The translations under genes and the position numbers were made by a program. A stretch of 63,674 nt of DNA, counting the filler, from Lama guanicoe (lineage: Eukaryota), in the NCBI GenBank assembly GCA_013239625.1. It is 169 parts of 169 records of this genome, joined end to end, with 100 filler letters (N's around TTAATTAATTAA, not from the genome) between each part and the next. Parts side by side here need not be neighbours in the genome. Positions count along the whole stretch, not along the records: positions 12,814 to 13,090 come from PNXV01052264.1; positions 13,191 to 13,467 come from PNXV01052265.1; positions 13,568 to 13,844 come from PNXV01052266.1; positions 13,945 to 14,221 come from PNXV01052267.1; positions 14,322 to 14,598 come from PNXV01052268.1; positions 14,699 to 14,975 come from PNXV01052269.1; positions 15,076 to 15,352 come from PNXV01052270.1; positions 15,453 to 15,729 come from PNXV01052271.1; 161 more parts are not named here. The stretch is one strand, 5' to 3'. Shown one piece after another: positions 12,814 to 25,528 of the stretch. Each line of letters begins with the position of its first letter. The first letter of the stretch is position 1. A model generated the notes under the pieces. It had not been told where the DNA came from. It saw only the letters and a list, made by a program, of their open reading frames with translations, and did no database searches.

Positions 12814-13090
12814 ACAGTTACTTTTTAGTGAAGAGATGTGACTGATTCCACCTTAACCAGTCATTCAAAGTAAATGTGAAGGATATTAGGACAAGTTAGT
12901 ATCATGCCTCCTAATTCTGTGTTCAAGAAGGATCCATGATCACTTGTGTGGTACTCCTGCTAGAACACATAACCTGAATCTAATCATAAGGTTTCCTCAA
13001 ACAAACCCAGATTGAAATCCTTTCTAAAATGAGTGGCCTGTCCTCATGGACTATATCCAGGCAAAGGAAGAAAAAGAAAGAACTCTTGCA
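12814..13090 (+). mobile_element. Ancient L1 (L1ME/MD-type) 3' fragment
   Basis: ccaccttaaccag...acataacctgaatctaatcataagg...aaacaaacccagattga motif of old L1 3' UTRs. Confidence 0.65.
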
Positions 13091-15829
13091 NNNNNNNNNN
13101 NNNNNNNNNNNNNNNNNNNNNNNNNNNNNNNNNNTTAATTAATTAANNNNNNNNNNNNNNNNNNNNNNNNNNNNNNNNNNNNNNNNNNNNTCTGTAAGGC
13201 CTGCTCTGAAACCTGGGTTAGGAATTCACTGCCCTGATGGCTTCTTGCCTCAAAGAAACGCGCCCCTCATCTCCAAAGCTGCAAAATGAGTCCCCCACCC
13301 AGGATGGTATAACGGTTACGAGCACAGGGTCAGGAGCTTGCCTGGTTTCCCGAGGCCAACACCATCACCTCCTGGCCGTGCCACTTTTTGCAAATTACCT
13401 AACTTCTCTGTGCCTTGGTTTCTTCATTTGTAAAAGAGAGAAATAATGATGCTGCGATTGTTCATGTNNNNNNNNNNNNNNNNNNNNNNNNNNNNNNNNN
13501 NNNNNNNNNNNTTAATTAATTAANNNNNNNNNNNNNNNNNNNNNNNNNNNNNNNNNNNNNNNNNNNNTGCCATTCTAAGTTATTGGCATTTGATTTATGG
13601 CTATGTGAACAGTAGGGTCAGTCAGGTTGACACTTTAGGTAGATTTTCTTGACATTAGTGTACAGGATGAACTGAGCAGTGTGAAAGGGGAAAGGGTAGG
13701 CAGGTGGTACTCAGGGAGGATAAATTATGGTGCTGTTTCAGTCATGGAAGTCAAATACAAGAAGAGACTTAACTAAATTAGGAATTAGAGGGTCATAATG
13801 CTCCCTAAAAAAACAGAGAAGTGTTGACTTTGTTTTTGAGGTACNNNNNNNNNNNNNNNNNNNNNNNNNNNNNNNNNNNNNNNNNNNNTTAATTAATTAA
13901 NNNNNNNNNNNNNNNNNNNNNNNNNNNNNNNNNNNNNNNNNNNNCTTTTTCGGATTAGTGACTCAAAGGAGATAGAAACCATTGATGATCAATGTGAAAA
14001 AGGCAATTTCACTGGCTTTTTATTTTTCGAAAAAATAAGAGAAATGTCAAACATTAGGCTCTTCTCGGTTATATGAAAGAAATAGAGAACATTAAAAATT
14101 CAATAAATAGAATAAATAAAATTTAAAAAAAGATGTTTGAGAAGGGAAAGTACAGTAGCAGCCTAAATGATCCTTGGTAAGAGAATTGTTAAATTACTGT
14201 GCATCCATACAGTGTGATATTNNNNNNNNNNNNNNNNNNNNNNNNNNNNNNNNNNNNNNNNNNNNTTAATTAATTAANNNNNNNNNNNNNNNNNNNNNNN
14301 NNNNNNNNNNNNNNNNNNNNNTTGTTGACCATCTGTTCTCGCTCCTCCAGCCATTCCTTCATCACCCTTACTGAGCTGTTCTCTGAGCCGTTCCTGCCCT
14401 CCTGGGGCTGATGCTTCAGGGAACAGAGCAGGTAAAATGTGCAGTGCATCAGAGGCTGGGATTTGCCATGGAGAAAAGCGAAACATGGAAGGGAGGGGTG
14501 TCAGGGTAGAAGGTGCTGGTCCACAGACCTGAGACATCTGGGAGAAGGCACTTCCCGAGCAGCAGCCCTCACAAGGCCCCAGCTGGACTTGCAGGCCANN
14601 NNNNNNNNNNNNNNNNNNNNNNNNNNNNNNNNNNNNNNNNNNTTAATTAATTAANNNNNNNNNNNNNNNNNNNNNNNNNNNNNNNNNNNNNNNNNNNNTT
14701 TATCCATAATTGTATGCTATCTTGGAGCTTGAAGAAGGATAATTTAAAGTTAAATTTAAAATGCAATTTGCTAAAGTTGTAAATTCACAGACCACAAACC
14801 TTTTTGGTAAACTTTTGAATATTCTTCTTAATAAATTTGTCACTTAATTTTAGAAAGAGAAATATTCGAGCAGAGCAGAGCCTGCTCCTGAGAAGCAACA
14901 TTTTGTTTTTTTCTCAGTATGCATACTTATAAAATGTGTTAGAGGGATGCATTGAATGAAATCATTCAAAAAAAANNNNNNNNNNNNNNNNNNNNNNNNN
15001 NNNNNNNNNNNNNNNNNNNTTAATTAATTAANNNNNNNNNNNNNNNNNNNNNNNNNNNNNNNNNNNNNNNNNNNNTATGACTCAAACATTAGGGGACTGA
15101 AAGGGCTGCGCCATCAGGCAGCTTGGAAATAGGACCATCTATTCCATGACAACCTTCCCAGACTACTAGCTGATGGCATCTCTGCTTCTGGCCTGATGCT
15201 GAGGAGCCTTCAGGACACAAAATTGTGTGAAGAATTGATAAAGCGCTTCCATTTAGAACTCTTAGGTTATATTAAATCTGAGAAAGACATGAATCTTTTA
15301 GAATGAACATGGAGAAGTCCAACTTGATAACACAAAGTTTAGAGGAAAAAAANNNNNNNNNNNNNNNNNNNNNNNNNNNNNNNNNNNNNNNNNNNNTTAA
15401 TTAATTAANNNNNNNNNNNNNNNNNNNNNNNNNNNNNNNNNNNNNNNNNNNNAGTTAGACGGTTTCCTCAGAGAAACATCTAAACTGTCTAAGACTCAGT
15501 GGAACCAAAGGAGGTGAAACCCACACGTGTAGTAAAAAACTGTCAGGTCACAACTTTAACCTTTGTACAAAGAAGCAGCCAGCGTTGGGGAGGTTCCTGG
15601 TTATTCCTTCATTGTTCATTGTGTAACTCATATTCAGGAATAACACTGGTTTCCCAAAAGTTCTCTCAAAGAGAGCACAAAATACGTATTAGCTAATTCA
15701 TAATAGAAGTTACATAATTTATCAGGGGTNNNNNNNNNNNNNNNNNNNNNNNNNNNNNNNNNNNNNNNNNNNNTTAATTAATTAANNNNNNNNNNNNNNN
15801 NNNNNNNNNNNNNNNNNNNNNNNNNNNNN

Positions 15830-16069
15830 ATACTTGAGGAGCAGGAAGCTCACCAGGTCAGCCATCATTGAAAGCTCTGCACCTTGGCGCAGGGACTCGG
15901 CACCGGCAGAGTAGGAAGAGGAGACTGAGGAGGAGCAGGGGTACCGGGGGGATGCGGCCCCCTCCTGCTCAGCCTCCAGCTGCTGCACATCCACCAGGCC
16001 CTGGGCGTCTCTTGGGTCCTGAAGGTCTTCCACAGCCTGGCGGAGCTCACTCATCTGAACCAGGGACAT
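15830..16069 (-). CDS. MAGE-A-like cancer/testis antigen, N-terminal part (truncated by contig end)
   Basis: The ATG at 16069 follows a MAGE-A-like leader (..ctcctgtcagctgccaacgcctgtcattATG). Open frame MSLVQMSELRQAVEDLQDPRDAQGLVDVQ...MADLVSFLLLKY; AQGLV and ADLV.FLLLKY are MAGE-A hallmarks. Confidence 0.88.
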
Positions 16070-18089
16070 AATGACAGGCGTTGGCAGCTGACAGGAGTCT
16101 GGGCAGNNNNNNNNNNNNNNNNNNNNNNNNNNNNNNNNNNNNNNNNNNNNTTAATTAATTAANNNNNNNNNNNNNNNNNNNNNNNNNNNNNNNNNNNNNN
16201 NNNNNNATATATGTATGTTCATGTATAACTGAAAAATTGTGCTCTACACAGGAAACTGACACAACATTGTAAACTGACTATAACTCAATTTTTAAAAAAT
16301 GCTGATTCTTTGTAATCCAAAAATCCCACATTTAGAGACTCTGTAAAGAATATAAAAACCCCAGTCCATATTGGCATTTATTGCAGTAATCTTTGGGGTA
16401 TAACAATAAAAATATTGGTACTGCATGAATGATAGATATAATGGAAAAAAGTACATTAAAACTAATTTTAAACAGTATAATNNNNNNNNNNNNNNNNNNN
16501 NNNNNNNNNNNNNNNNNNNNNNNNNTTAATTAATTAANNNNNNNNNNNNNNNNNNNNNNNNNNNNNNNNNNNNNNNNNNNNTTTGTTTTTGTTTTTGATC
16601 TGTCTCACCCCACTGGGAAGAGGATATAAATTTCAGAAGAACGGAAATCATATTTCTCTTGCTCATTAATATGATATATGCTCATAATATCTCTGGAGCC
16701 TGCAACACTGCCTGGCATGTTGAATGAATTCAGTAAACATCTGTGAGTGAATTAACATTATCACTCAAAGCTCTTTGCCTTTCAGTATTCTTGAGATTTT
16801 AACCAAGTCAAAATGTGAGAGAAAATGTGAAATCCTTTCATCTTTTCTATAGCATTTCNNNNNNNNNNNNNNNNNNNNNNNNNNNNNNNNNNNNNNNNNN
16901 NNTTAATTAATTAANNNNNNNNNNNNNNNNNNNNNNNNNNNNNNNNNNNNNNNNNNNNGTGAGTTCTCAATGTTTTCATGAAGCATATTAACAAAAATTA
17001 TGTTTCACAATCATCACACTGAGCTACTACTCTCTGTTACACTGCAGTGTCACTGGATCTGAAGGAAAAGCTCCTAATAAAATTATGTTATGGTAATATT
17101 ATCAATAATGACATAATTACTGTGACAGTCATCACAATATGAGGGAATTCATTCTAAAATGTCACTACGCAGTCGAACAAGTTGAGTGTAAATAAAAAGC
17201 CATCATTTGTAGCCTATGAGCAGTTCTCTGCTTAANNNNNNNNNNNNNNNNNNNNNNNNNNNNNNNNNNNNNNNNNNNNTTAATTAATTAANNNNNNNNN
17301 NNNNNNNNNNNNNNNNNNNNNNNNNNNNNNNNNNNGAACCCCTCAGGACAAAGCCTACCACTTCTCTGTACCCACAAGGCACAGACTTCAGTACAGAAGG
17401 CATCAGTATTGCCTGATGTCTTGATAAAAAAATGACATTTTATTAAAATTTAAAAATCACTGAAAGCCAATATAAACATCAGACTAACAGAAGATTCTAG
17501 TTTTTAAGGCTAAGAAACACACCAAATATTTTGCTTCCATCAATGAATACAGAAAAAAAGAACAGTGAAAAGTATTTAACCGGCATATTTAACTACTCCC
17601 ACATACAAAGATNNNNNNNNNNNNNNNNNNNNNNNNNNNNNNNNNNNNNNNNNNNNTTAATTAATTAANNNNNNNNNNNNNNNNNNNNNNNNNNNNNNNN
17701 NNNNNNNNNNNNAAAAAAAAAAAGATAAATGGAAGGAAGAAGATGCACTTAGGTGTGAAGCGCACACATTCAAACCGCCTTGCTTCAAGTAATGACCATG
17801 GATCAAGTTCACAACTCTGCAGAGAACTGGGTGAACTGGGAGAAAGACAAGCAGGAACAGGATTGCAGTTCATACCATGCAAACAAACCGGAAGTCAGTG
17901 TAAATGCTTTTTCTGGCATAGTGATAAGGTGGCTGCTTACTCTGAAACATAAAGTCAGTTTTCAACAACATGAAACATTACTGATGTTTNNNNNNNNNNN
18001 NNNNNNNNNNNNNNNNNNNNNNNNNNNNNNNNNTTAATTAATTAANNNNNNNNNNNNNNNNNNNNNNNNNNNNNNNNNNNNNNNNNNNN

Positions 18090-18133
18090 ATACTTGTAGT
18101 TGACATGACTTTATACTTGTAGTTGACATGACT
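18090..18133 (+). repeat. Short direct duplication (21 bp x2, period 23)
   Basis: atacttgtagttgacatgact at 18090..18110 and 18113..18133. Confidence 0.9.
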
Positions 18134-19974
18134 GACTTCGCTGGACAGGCCAGGAAGGGAAGAAAGTACAGCTGGAAGGGCACAAAGGGTTAGAGGCGCC
18201 AAGCACAACAAACATGGTCAGGCTGACGTCTGGGGGAGGGGTCGGGTTGGAATGGGACAGGATGAGGGAGGCTTCAAGATTGGGGGGGGAGCAGGTCCAG
18301 GCACTGTTGAGGACCACGACTAGCTGACTGTCTGACAGAGATAAGAGACAGTGAATGTTCATTGAANNNNNNNNNNNNNNNNNNNNNNNNNNNNNNNNNN
18401 NNNNNNNNNNTTAATTAATTAANNNNNNNNNNNNNNNNNNNNNNNNNNNNNNNNNNNNNNNNNNNNTTTTTTTCCCAGATGATAGAAAGATGTGGACCAC
18501 TGTTACCTCCATTTTTGATCTAGTATGACCTTGTTAACACATCCAGACTAAATGATAACATGGAACAAGATCATCAGATAGTCTCCAAGTTTTAAATTAA
18601 ATATTCACAAACTATTTCCAGACATGTGAAAACAACTTATGACCAGGTTGAATTTATTCTAGAACTAATTTGATGGTTGAACATAGGAAATGCTGTTAGA
18701 ATACCTCATTATACTAACAGATTAAAAGTGAAGATAACATGCTNNNNNNNNNNNNNNNNNNNNNNNNNNNNNNNNNNNNNNNNNNNNTTAATTAATTAAN
18801 NNNNNNNNNNNNNNNNNNNNNNNNNNNNNNNNNNNNNNNNNNNAGCTTCTTCCGATTTTATTCAGAATTTCTTAGTCCTACGTCCTCATTGGATACAAAA
18901 CTGCTGTTAGGCTAAAATTTGAAAATCCGCTCCTGAAACCTTGTCGTTTCATCCAAAGCCCAGCCAGAAAGGGAACAGACCGTGGGTTCCAGCGTTTCTC
19001 TGATCCTGCTCTCCCCAGGCATTTGAGACACTCGCAGGTCTTACACTCAAGCCTAGACCACAGTAGAACATACCTTGTTTGGTTAGAGTTGAGTTGGAAA
19101 CCACATTTCTTTTTTTTTTTNNNNNNNNNNNNNNNNNNNNNNNNNNNNNNNNNNNNNNNNNNNNTTAATTAATTAANNNNNNNNNNNNNNNNNNNNNNNN
19201 NNNNNNNNNNNNNNNNNNNNTATTAGGACTGAGGACTGCTTTCAAAATGACGACTATGCTCACTCTATTCCAGGTTGTCCAAAGAAAGAAAGGTTATTGC
19301 AATTTCTAGTTGAACAGGAATAAGTCAGTGGCTCAGTTGCTATAAATAAGTCAACGGCTGTTCAAAGCCATAATAAATTGTGTGAACAATGAGAATAAGA
19401 TGAAAAAAATTAGACATAAGCTTAAATTATAAAGGAGACACAGTCCTCTGCTGGGCTCTGGGGACAGGAAAATGTATATACCTCAGTCCAATTCAAGNNN
19501 NNNNNNNNNNNNNNNNNNNNNNNNNNNNNNNNNNNNNNNNNTTAATTAATTAANNNNNNNNNNNNNNNNNNNNNNNNNNNNNNNNNNNNNNNNNNNNACC
19601 ACTGAGCTATACCCTCCCCACTCTGTTTGATGGTTTAATCCCAGCCCTCTACCCACACTGAAGGAACAAGCAAGGTATGGATCTTGGTTTGTTTTACACA
19701 CACTCACACACATACACAGACACTCGCTATCACTACCACCAACAATTAGTCCCTATCAGAGGAGCAAGACTAATATTCCAGCTCACTTCCAGCCTAATAG
19801 TTCAAATGTCTTAGCACTTGTTGGATCACCTTTTCTGCCTCCATTTCCACACCAACCAGAAGAAAATGGATAACNNNNNNNNNNNNNNNNNNNNNNNNNN
19901 NNNNNNNNNNNNNNNNNNTTAATTAATTAANNNNNNNNNNNNNNNNNNNNNNNNNNNNNNNNNNNNNNNNNNNN

Positions 19975-20183
19975 CACTACTATATATAAAATAGATAAAC
20001 AAGGACCTACAGTATAGCACAGGGAACTATTTTCAATATCTTGTAATAACCTACAATGGAAAGAATCTAAAAATAAAGCATACAGATATATACATACACA
20101 TGCATTTATAATAAAATCACATTGCTGTACACTTAAAACTAACACAATATTGTAAATCAACTATACTACAATTAAAAAAAAAT
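19975..20183 (+). mobile_element. LINE-1 3' end with A-rich tail (artiodactyl-type 3'UTR)
   Basis: tatataaaatagataaacaaggacctacagtatagcacagggaactat...aactaacacaatattgtaaatcaactatactacaattaaaaaaaaa. The same 3'UTR family occurs at about 1886, 16207, 22614, 47903, 50690, 51304, 55081 and 59995. Confidence 0.92.
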
Positions 20184-20728
20184 TATGGGGCAACACTGAT
20201 GTGTTTCTCTCCCTCCTGCTGCAAGGCTGGCTTCCTTTGCGCCTGTGGTGTNNNNNNNNNNNNNNNNNNNNNNNNNNNNNNNNNNNNNNNNNNNNTTAAT
20301 TAATTAANNNNNNNNNNNNNNNNNNNNNNNNNNNNNNNNNNNNNNNNNNNNAGCTAAAGAAGTAAAGATGGGAATAAATCTTTGTGGCTTTAGTTTTGAT
20401 GTTTTTTTGGGTATGATAGTAAAACACAATATAAAAAATGGTAAATTGGCTTTCAGCAAAGTAAGAATTTCTGCACTTCGTAAGTCACTGTCAGAGAATG
20501 AAAAGATAAGCCAGAAACTGGGAGAAAATATTTTCAAAACACTTTTTTATAAAGATCATCTATTTAGCATCAAAGAGAACTCCCCAAATTCAGTTATGAA
20601 AAATAATCAACCCAATTAAAAATAGATANNNNNNNNNNNNNNNNNNNNNNNNNNNNNNNNNNNNNNNNNNNNTTAATTAATTAANNNNNNNNNNNNNNNN
20701 NNNNNNNNNNNNNNNNNNNNNNNNNNNN

Positions 20729-21005
20729 ACAGTGAGATACCCCCTCATGCCTGTTAGAATAGCTCTTATCAAAAAGGAAAGAAAGAACAAGTGTTGGCAA
20801 GGATGTGGAGAAGGGGGAGAACAGGGACCCTTCATATGGTCCCGGACACCATTAGTAGGAATGTAAATTGGTACAGTCACTGTGAAAAACAGTATGGCGT
20901 TTCCTCAGAAAATTAAGAATAGAGCTGCCAGACGATTCAAGAATCCCACCTCTGGGTATTTATCCAAAGAATGAAAAAGACTAATTCAAAAAGATACATG
21001 CACCC
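20729..21005 (+). mobile_element. LINE-1 ORF2 C-terminal (cysteine-rich) fragment
   Basis: VRYPLMPVRIALIKKERKNKCWQGCGE.G...[19 protein letters not shown] matches the L1 ORF2 C-domain. Confidence 0.95.
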
Positions 21006-21105
21006 NNNNNNNNNNNNNNNNNNNNNNNNNNNNNNNNNNNNNNNNNNNNTTAATTAATTAANNNNNNNNNNNNNNNNNNNNNNNNNNNNNNNNNNNNNNN
21101 NNNNN

Positions 21106-21382
21106 CAGATGTAGTCAGCCTCGTCCTCCTCCAGGACGTTCTAGATGGTCAGGTAGCACTCTGGGCCAGGGCCCGAGCCTGAGAAGCGATCAGAGACCCT
21201 ATACCTCTAGGATTCAACAACACCGCCGGTGCCGACTCCCACCTCAAACTGTGGGCCCTTCCCCTGGGTCTTGCTGGTACTAGTCCACGTAAAAACCACT
21301 GTAGCCACTGCTCAGGGTGCAGGTGAGCTGCCTGAGGCTCCCAGGGAGGCAGATGCAGAGGGCGACTGTGTCAGCACAGGCT
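21106..21382 (-). pseudogene. IGLV9: Immunoglobulin lambda variable pseudogene, IGLV9-like
   Basis: Minus strand reads (Q)PVLTQSPSASASLGASG(fs)LTCTLSSGYSGFYVD*YQQDPG(fs)KGPQFEVGVGTGGVVES*RYRVSDRFSGSGPGPECYLTI*NVLEEDEADYI(C). Stops at 21280..21282, 21207..21209 and 21141..21143. CTLSSGYS and VGTGG are characteristic of human IGLV9-49. Confidence 0.93.
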
Positions 21383-22989
21383 NNNNNNNNNNNNNNNNNN
21401 NNNNNNNNNNNNNNNNNNNNNNNNNNTTAATTAATTAANNNNNNNNNNNNNNNNNNNNNNNNNNNNNNNNNNNNNNNNNNNNCTTCTCTGAAGACCCCGC
21501 ATGGAGCCAGCCCCTTCTCTCCTCCCAGTGTGCTTCTCTCTGAACAAAGCCTTCCCACTCAGGGATGCCAGAACTGGTCTTAAATCTGCCATGCCATTGC
21601 TGGTGGGGGAGAGGTGCTCAGACATCACCTTCTAACCCCAGGCAGGTGACTGCGGTGCAGTGGCAGGCTGGACCACACCTGAGGGCCCCTACTGCAAGGA
21701 CCTCCCACAGTTGAACCTTTTGCCCTTTGACAGTACTCTTGCTGATAACCTTACTGATANNNNNNNNNNNNNNNNNNNNNNNNNNNNNNNNNNNNNNNNN
21801 NNNTTAATTAATTAANNNNNNNNNNNNNNNNNNNNNNNNNNNNNNNNNNNNNNNNNNNNACTCTCACAGTTCACCCTCGCTTAACTAAGGTTAAGTGTCC
21901 TGCATCTGTTCCCAACAAGGTGATGGTCGATCTGGGATCAGGAACCTGGAGCGTTTGATTTCCCACTTAATCAACTGTCCACACAGTAATGTGAAGGGCA
22001 TTTCTGACCCTGTGTGTGTTCAGATCACCCGACAGATGGGGTTTCTTTGATGTCTGCATGCTCAGGGGGAAAAAGTCACTTAATTTATGAAGGAGATATT
22101 TATTTATATTCGTCTTTTAGTTAGTAGGAAAAAAAANNNNNNNNNNNNNNNNNNNNNNNNNNNNNNNNNNNNNNNNNNNNTTAATTAATTAANNNNNNNN
22201 NNNNNNNNNNNNNNNNNNNNNNNNNNNNNNNNNNNNAGCGACGGGTAGAAGCCTCTGCGGACTGCTGAGTGGCTCATACACCCCTTGCCACGGGGCGCCC
22301 CCCTGGTTAGCTCCTAGTCTTGGCCTCCAGGGATGCTCACCGGCTTTCTCCGTCCCGTCGGGCGGCACGCTGAAATGCTTCTGTTCGGTTTTGCATATGC
22401 GAAAACAGCATGTCCTCTGACGGTTACCTACAGTGGCACCTTGTATGAAAAATACTTATAGACACTAAAAAGAAAAAATGGGGGTTCAAATACGGAAGTG
22501 ATACAGTCCCGGCNNNNNNNNNNNNNNNNNNNNNNNNNNNNNNNNNNNNNNNNNNNNTTAATTAATTAANNNNNNNNNNNNNNNNNNNNNNNNNNNNNNN
22601 NNNNNNNNNNNNNCTGAAAAATTGTGCTCTACACTGGAATTTGACACAACATTGCAAAATGGCTATAACTCAATAAAAAATGTTTAAAAAAAAGAATGTA
22701 AAACTCAACAGGCAGATTTGGGGGTAAAACACAAACATTATGATGTAAAATATAAAAATTGAAATTAAAACAGTAAATGGACAAATTAAGTCCAGCTGGA
22801 GATAAAATTAGTGGGCAGCCTGAAGATAGGTCCAAAGACATTGCCAGAATGCAGCATGGATGCACAGAAAGGGAAAATATGGGGGGGGGNNNNNNNNNNN
22901 NNNNNNNNNNNNNNNNNNNNNNNNNNNNNNNNNTTAATTAATTAANNNNNNNNNNNNNNNNNNNNNNNNNNNNNNNNNNNNNNNNNNNN

Positions 22990-23266
22990 ATCTCTGGTTC
23001 AGTAATCCCGAGATGCCCCCAGATGTGTCCCCTCATTCATGCCAGTACACATCAGTCATGTGTATCTGACCAATTCTTTTGGTGAGTGAACTATGTCTTA
23101 AAACACCAAGGAATGTACTACTCCCCACTTTCAAAATATGCTGTAAAGTGATTTGAGTTATCAGTCAGCAGGCAAAGATGGGGGACCATATCTCACGGAA
23201 AACAAGCATCCTCTGGCAGCTAGTATCTCAGTGAGATCCATGTAGTCTCTAAGGCATGATTTCATC
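22990..23266 (-). repeat. Duplicated segment, copy B (partner is 1509..1785)
   Basis: The reverse complement aligns end-to-end with 1509..1785. Confidence 0.97.
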
Positions 23267-23366
23267 NNNNNNNNNNNNNNNNNNNNNNNNNNNNNNNNNN
23301 NNNNNNNNNNTTAATTAATTAANNNNNNNNNNNNNNNNNNNNNNNNNNNNNNNNNNNNNNNNNNNN

Positions 23367-23540
23367 AATTCAGAAAGATTCATACACCCTGCTATTAACA
23401 GCAACATTATTTACAATTGCCAAGATATGGAAACATCCTAAGTGCACATCAGTAGTTGAAATAGATAAACAAGATGCAGCATACATATAGGTAATGGAAT
23501 ACAACTCACCTATAAAAAAGGACATTTTGCCATTTGCAGC
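23367..23540 (+). mobile_element. LINE-1 ORF2 3' fragment
   Basis: gcaacattatttacaattgccaagatatggaaacatcctaagtg...atggaatacaactca...ttttgccatttgcagc. Confidence 0.9.
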
Positions 23541-24897
23541 CCTTCATTCACTTCTTTTTTCCACCTCAAAAACCAGAATTTTATAACTAGCAGCGACATT
23601 TCCATTTCATCAAAAACAACAAAATACCTAGAAATAAACTTAANNNNNNNNNNNNNNNNNNNNNNNNNNNNNNNNNNNNNNNNNNNNTTAATTAATTAAN
23701 NNNNNNNNNNNNNNNNNNNNNNNNNNNNNNNNNNNNNNNNNNNAGAAACTATTCCTCAGAATTTTTCTTGACCTTGACATTTTTAAAGGCTATATGTCAG
23801 TTTCCTTGTAGAAAGTTCTTCCGTTTGGATGGGTCTGGTGTTTCTTCTTGATTAGAGTCAGGTAATGCGCTTTTAGCAGATTACCCTCAAAATGACAGTA
23901 TGTTCTTCTCAGTGCATCATATCAGGAGCCACGTAATGTCCATTTGTCCTGCTATTGGTGATGTTATCTTTAATCACATGCTGACGGTGGTGTCTGCCAG
24001 GTTTCTCCATTTCTAAAGTTNNNNNNNNNNNNNNNNNNNNNNNNNNNNNNNNNNNNNNNNNNNNTTAATTAATTAANNNNNNNNNNNNNNNNNNNNNNNN
24101 NNNNNNNNNNNNNNNNNNNNTAGGGAACATATTAGATTTATTGTTGCTTAATTGAGGTACAGCACCTTCTTCCCCTCCCCTCAGTAGCTCTTTAGACTAG
24201 TTTTAGTTTGTTTGATTAACTTGATTTGGTTTGGTTTGGTATTTACATTGTTTGAGGTTTGTAGCACTTTTTGAATCTATTACTGTATGTCATTCATTAG
24301 TCTTAAAAAAAATCGATCTTTATCTCTTTAAATACCACTCTTCTGAATTCAAGACTCTCACTGCATATATATATATTTATATATATATACACACACANNN
24401 NNNNNNNNNNNNNNNNNNNNNNNNNNNNNNNNNNNNNNNNNTTAATTAATTAANNNNNNNNNNNNNNNNNNNNNNNNNNNNNNNNNNNNNNNNNNNNATG
24501 ATTGATCTCACTCAGTAAAATGAAAGCTACTTAAAGGCAAATATATATATCTATCTTTAATTAGAGAAATAAAATGCTTCATTTATATTTGAAAGGAAAC
24601 AGATTGCATAGTTTGCGGGAAAGTTAATGGGTTATGTCTTACTCAGAAGGGTTTTGCCATTGAGGGTTATAGATATAGAAAAAGCCCACATAGAATATGC
24701 TGAGGAAACAAAATATGCTAAATAAAGAGGTATATGATTGAGAGTATGCATAAGAACACAGCATGCTCTACTTCNNNNNNNNNNNNNNNNNNNNNNNNNN
24801 NNNNNNNNNNNNNNNNNNTTAATTAATTAANNNNNNNNNNNNNNNNNNNNNNNNNNNNNNNNNNNNNNNNNNNNGATGCAGGTAAACAGTGTGGTGC

Positions 24898-25151
24898 TGA
24901 GACAGCAAGGGGGCAGGGCACAGTCATTCAAGGAACAACACAATTAACACCAGAATGGCGAAAGATTCAGCCCCTAGGAGGCCTTGAGGCTCAAGATGGT
25001 GGGAGACTTGACTTCCTTGAGCTTTGTCATATGCTTACTGTATCATATCCATATGGTGAATAACACGCCCACAGGTGCCATGGCAGTCCCAAGGCTGGCC
25101 AGAAAAGGTCAGAGTGGGAAATGGCCAACTTCCTGGGAATCCCAGACCCTT
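24898..25151 (+). mobile_element. ERV1 LTR (MER41-like), 5' part
   Basis: Its 3' ~95 bp (acacgcccacaggtgccatggcagtcccaaggctggccagaaaaggtcagagtggg...cttcctgggaatccc) aligns with the start of the LTR at 48658..48935. Confidence 0.7.
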
Positions 25152-25251
25152 NNNNNNNNNNNNNNNNNNNNNNNNNNNNNNNNNNNNNNNNNNNNTTAAT
25201 TAATTAANNNNNNNNNNNNNNNNNNNNNNNNNNNNNNNNNNNNNNNNNNNN

Positions 25252-25528
25252 AATAGAACATAAAAACTAGGAAGAAAGGAACACAAACATTCTGCTAAGG
25301 AAAATCATCAAACCACAAGGAAAGAAACAGAAAGAAGAAATGAACATAGGAGAACTAGAAAAACAACTGGGAAACAAATAATGAAGTGGCAATAGGTTCA
25401 TCTCTATCAGTAATTACTTTAAATGTCAATGGACTACATGCTCTTGATCAAAAGACAAGGGTGGCTGTTTGGATAAAAAAAACAAGAGTCATCACTACGC
25501 TTCCTAAAAGAGACTCACTTCAAAGCTA
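25252..25528 (+). mobile_element. LINE-1 inter-ORF region and ORF2 endonuclease start
   Basis: (M)AIGSSLSVITLNVNGLHALDQKTRVAVWIKK...L.ETH matches the L1 APE domain N-terminus. Confidence 0.93.
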
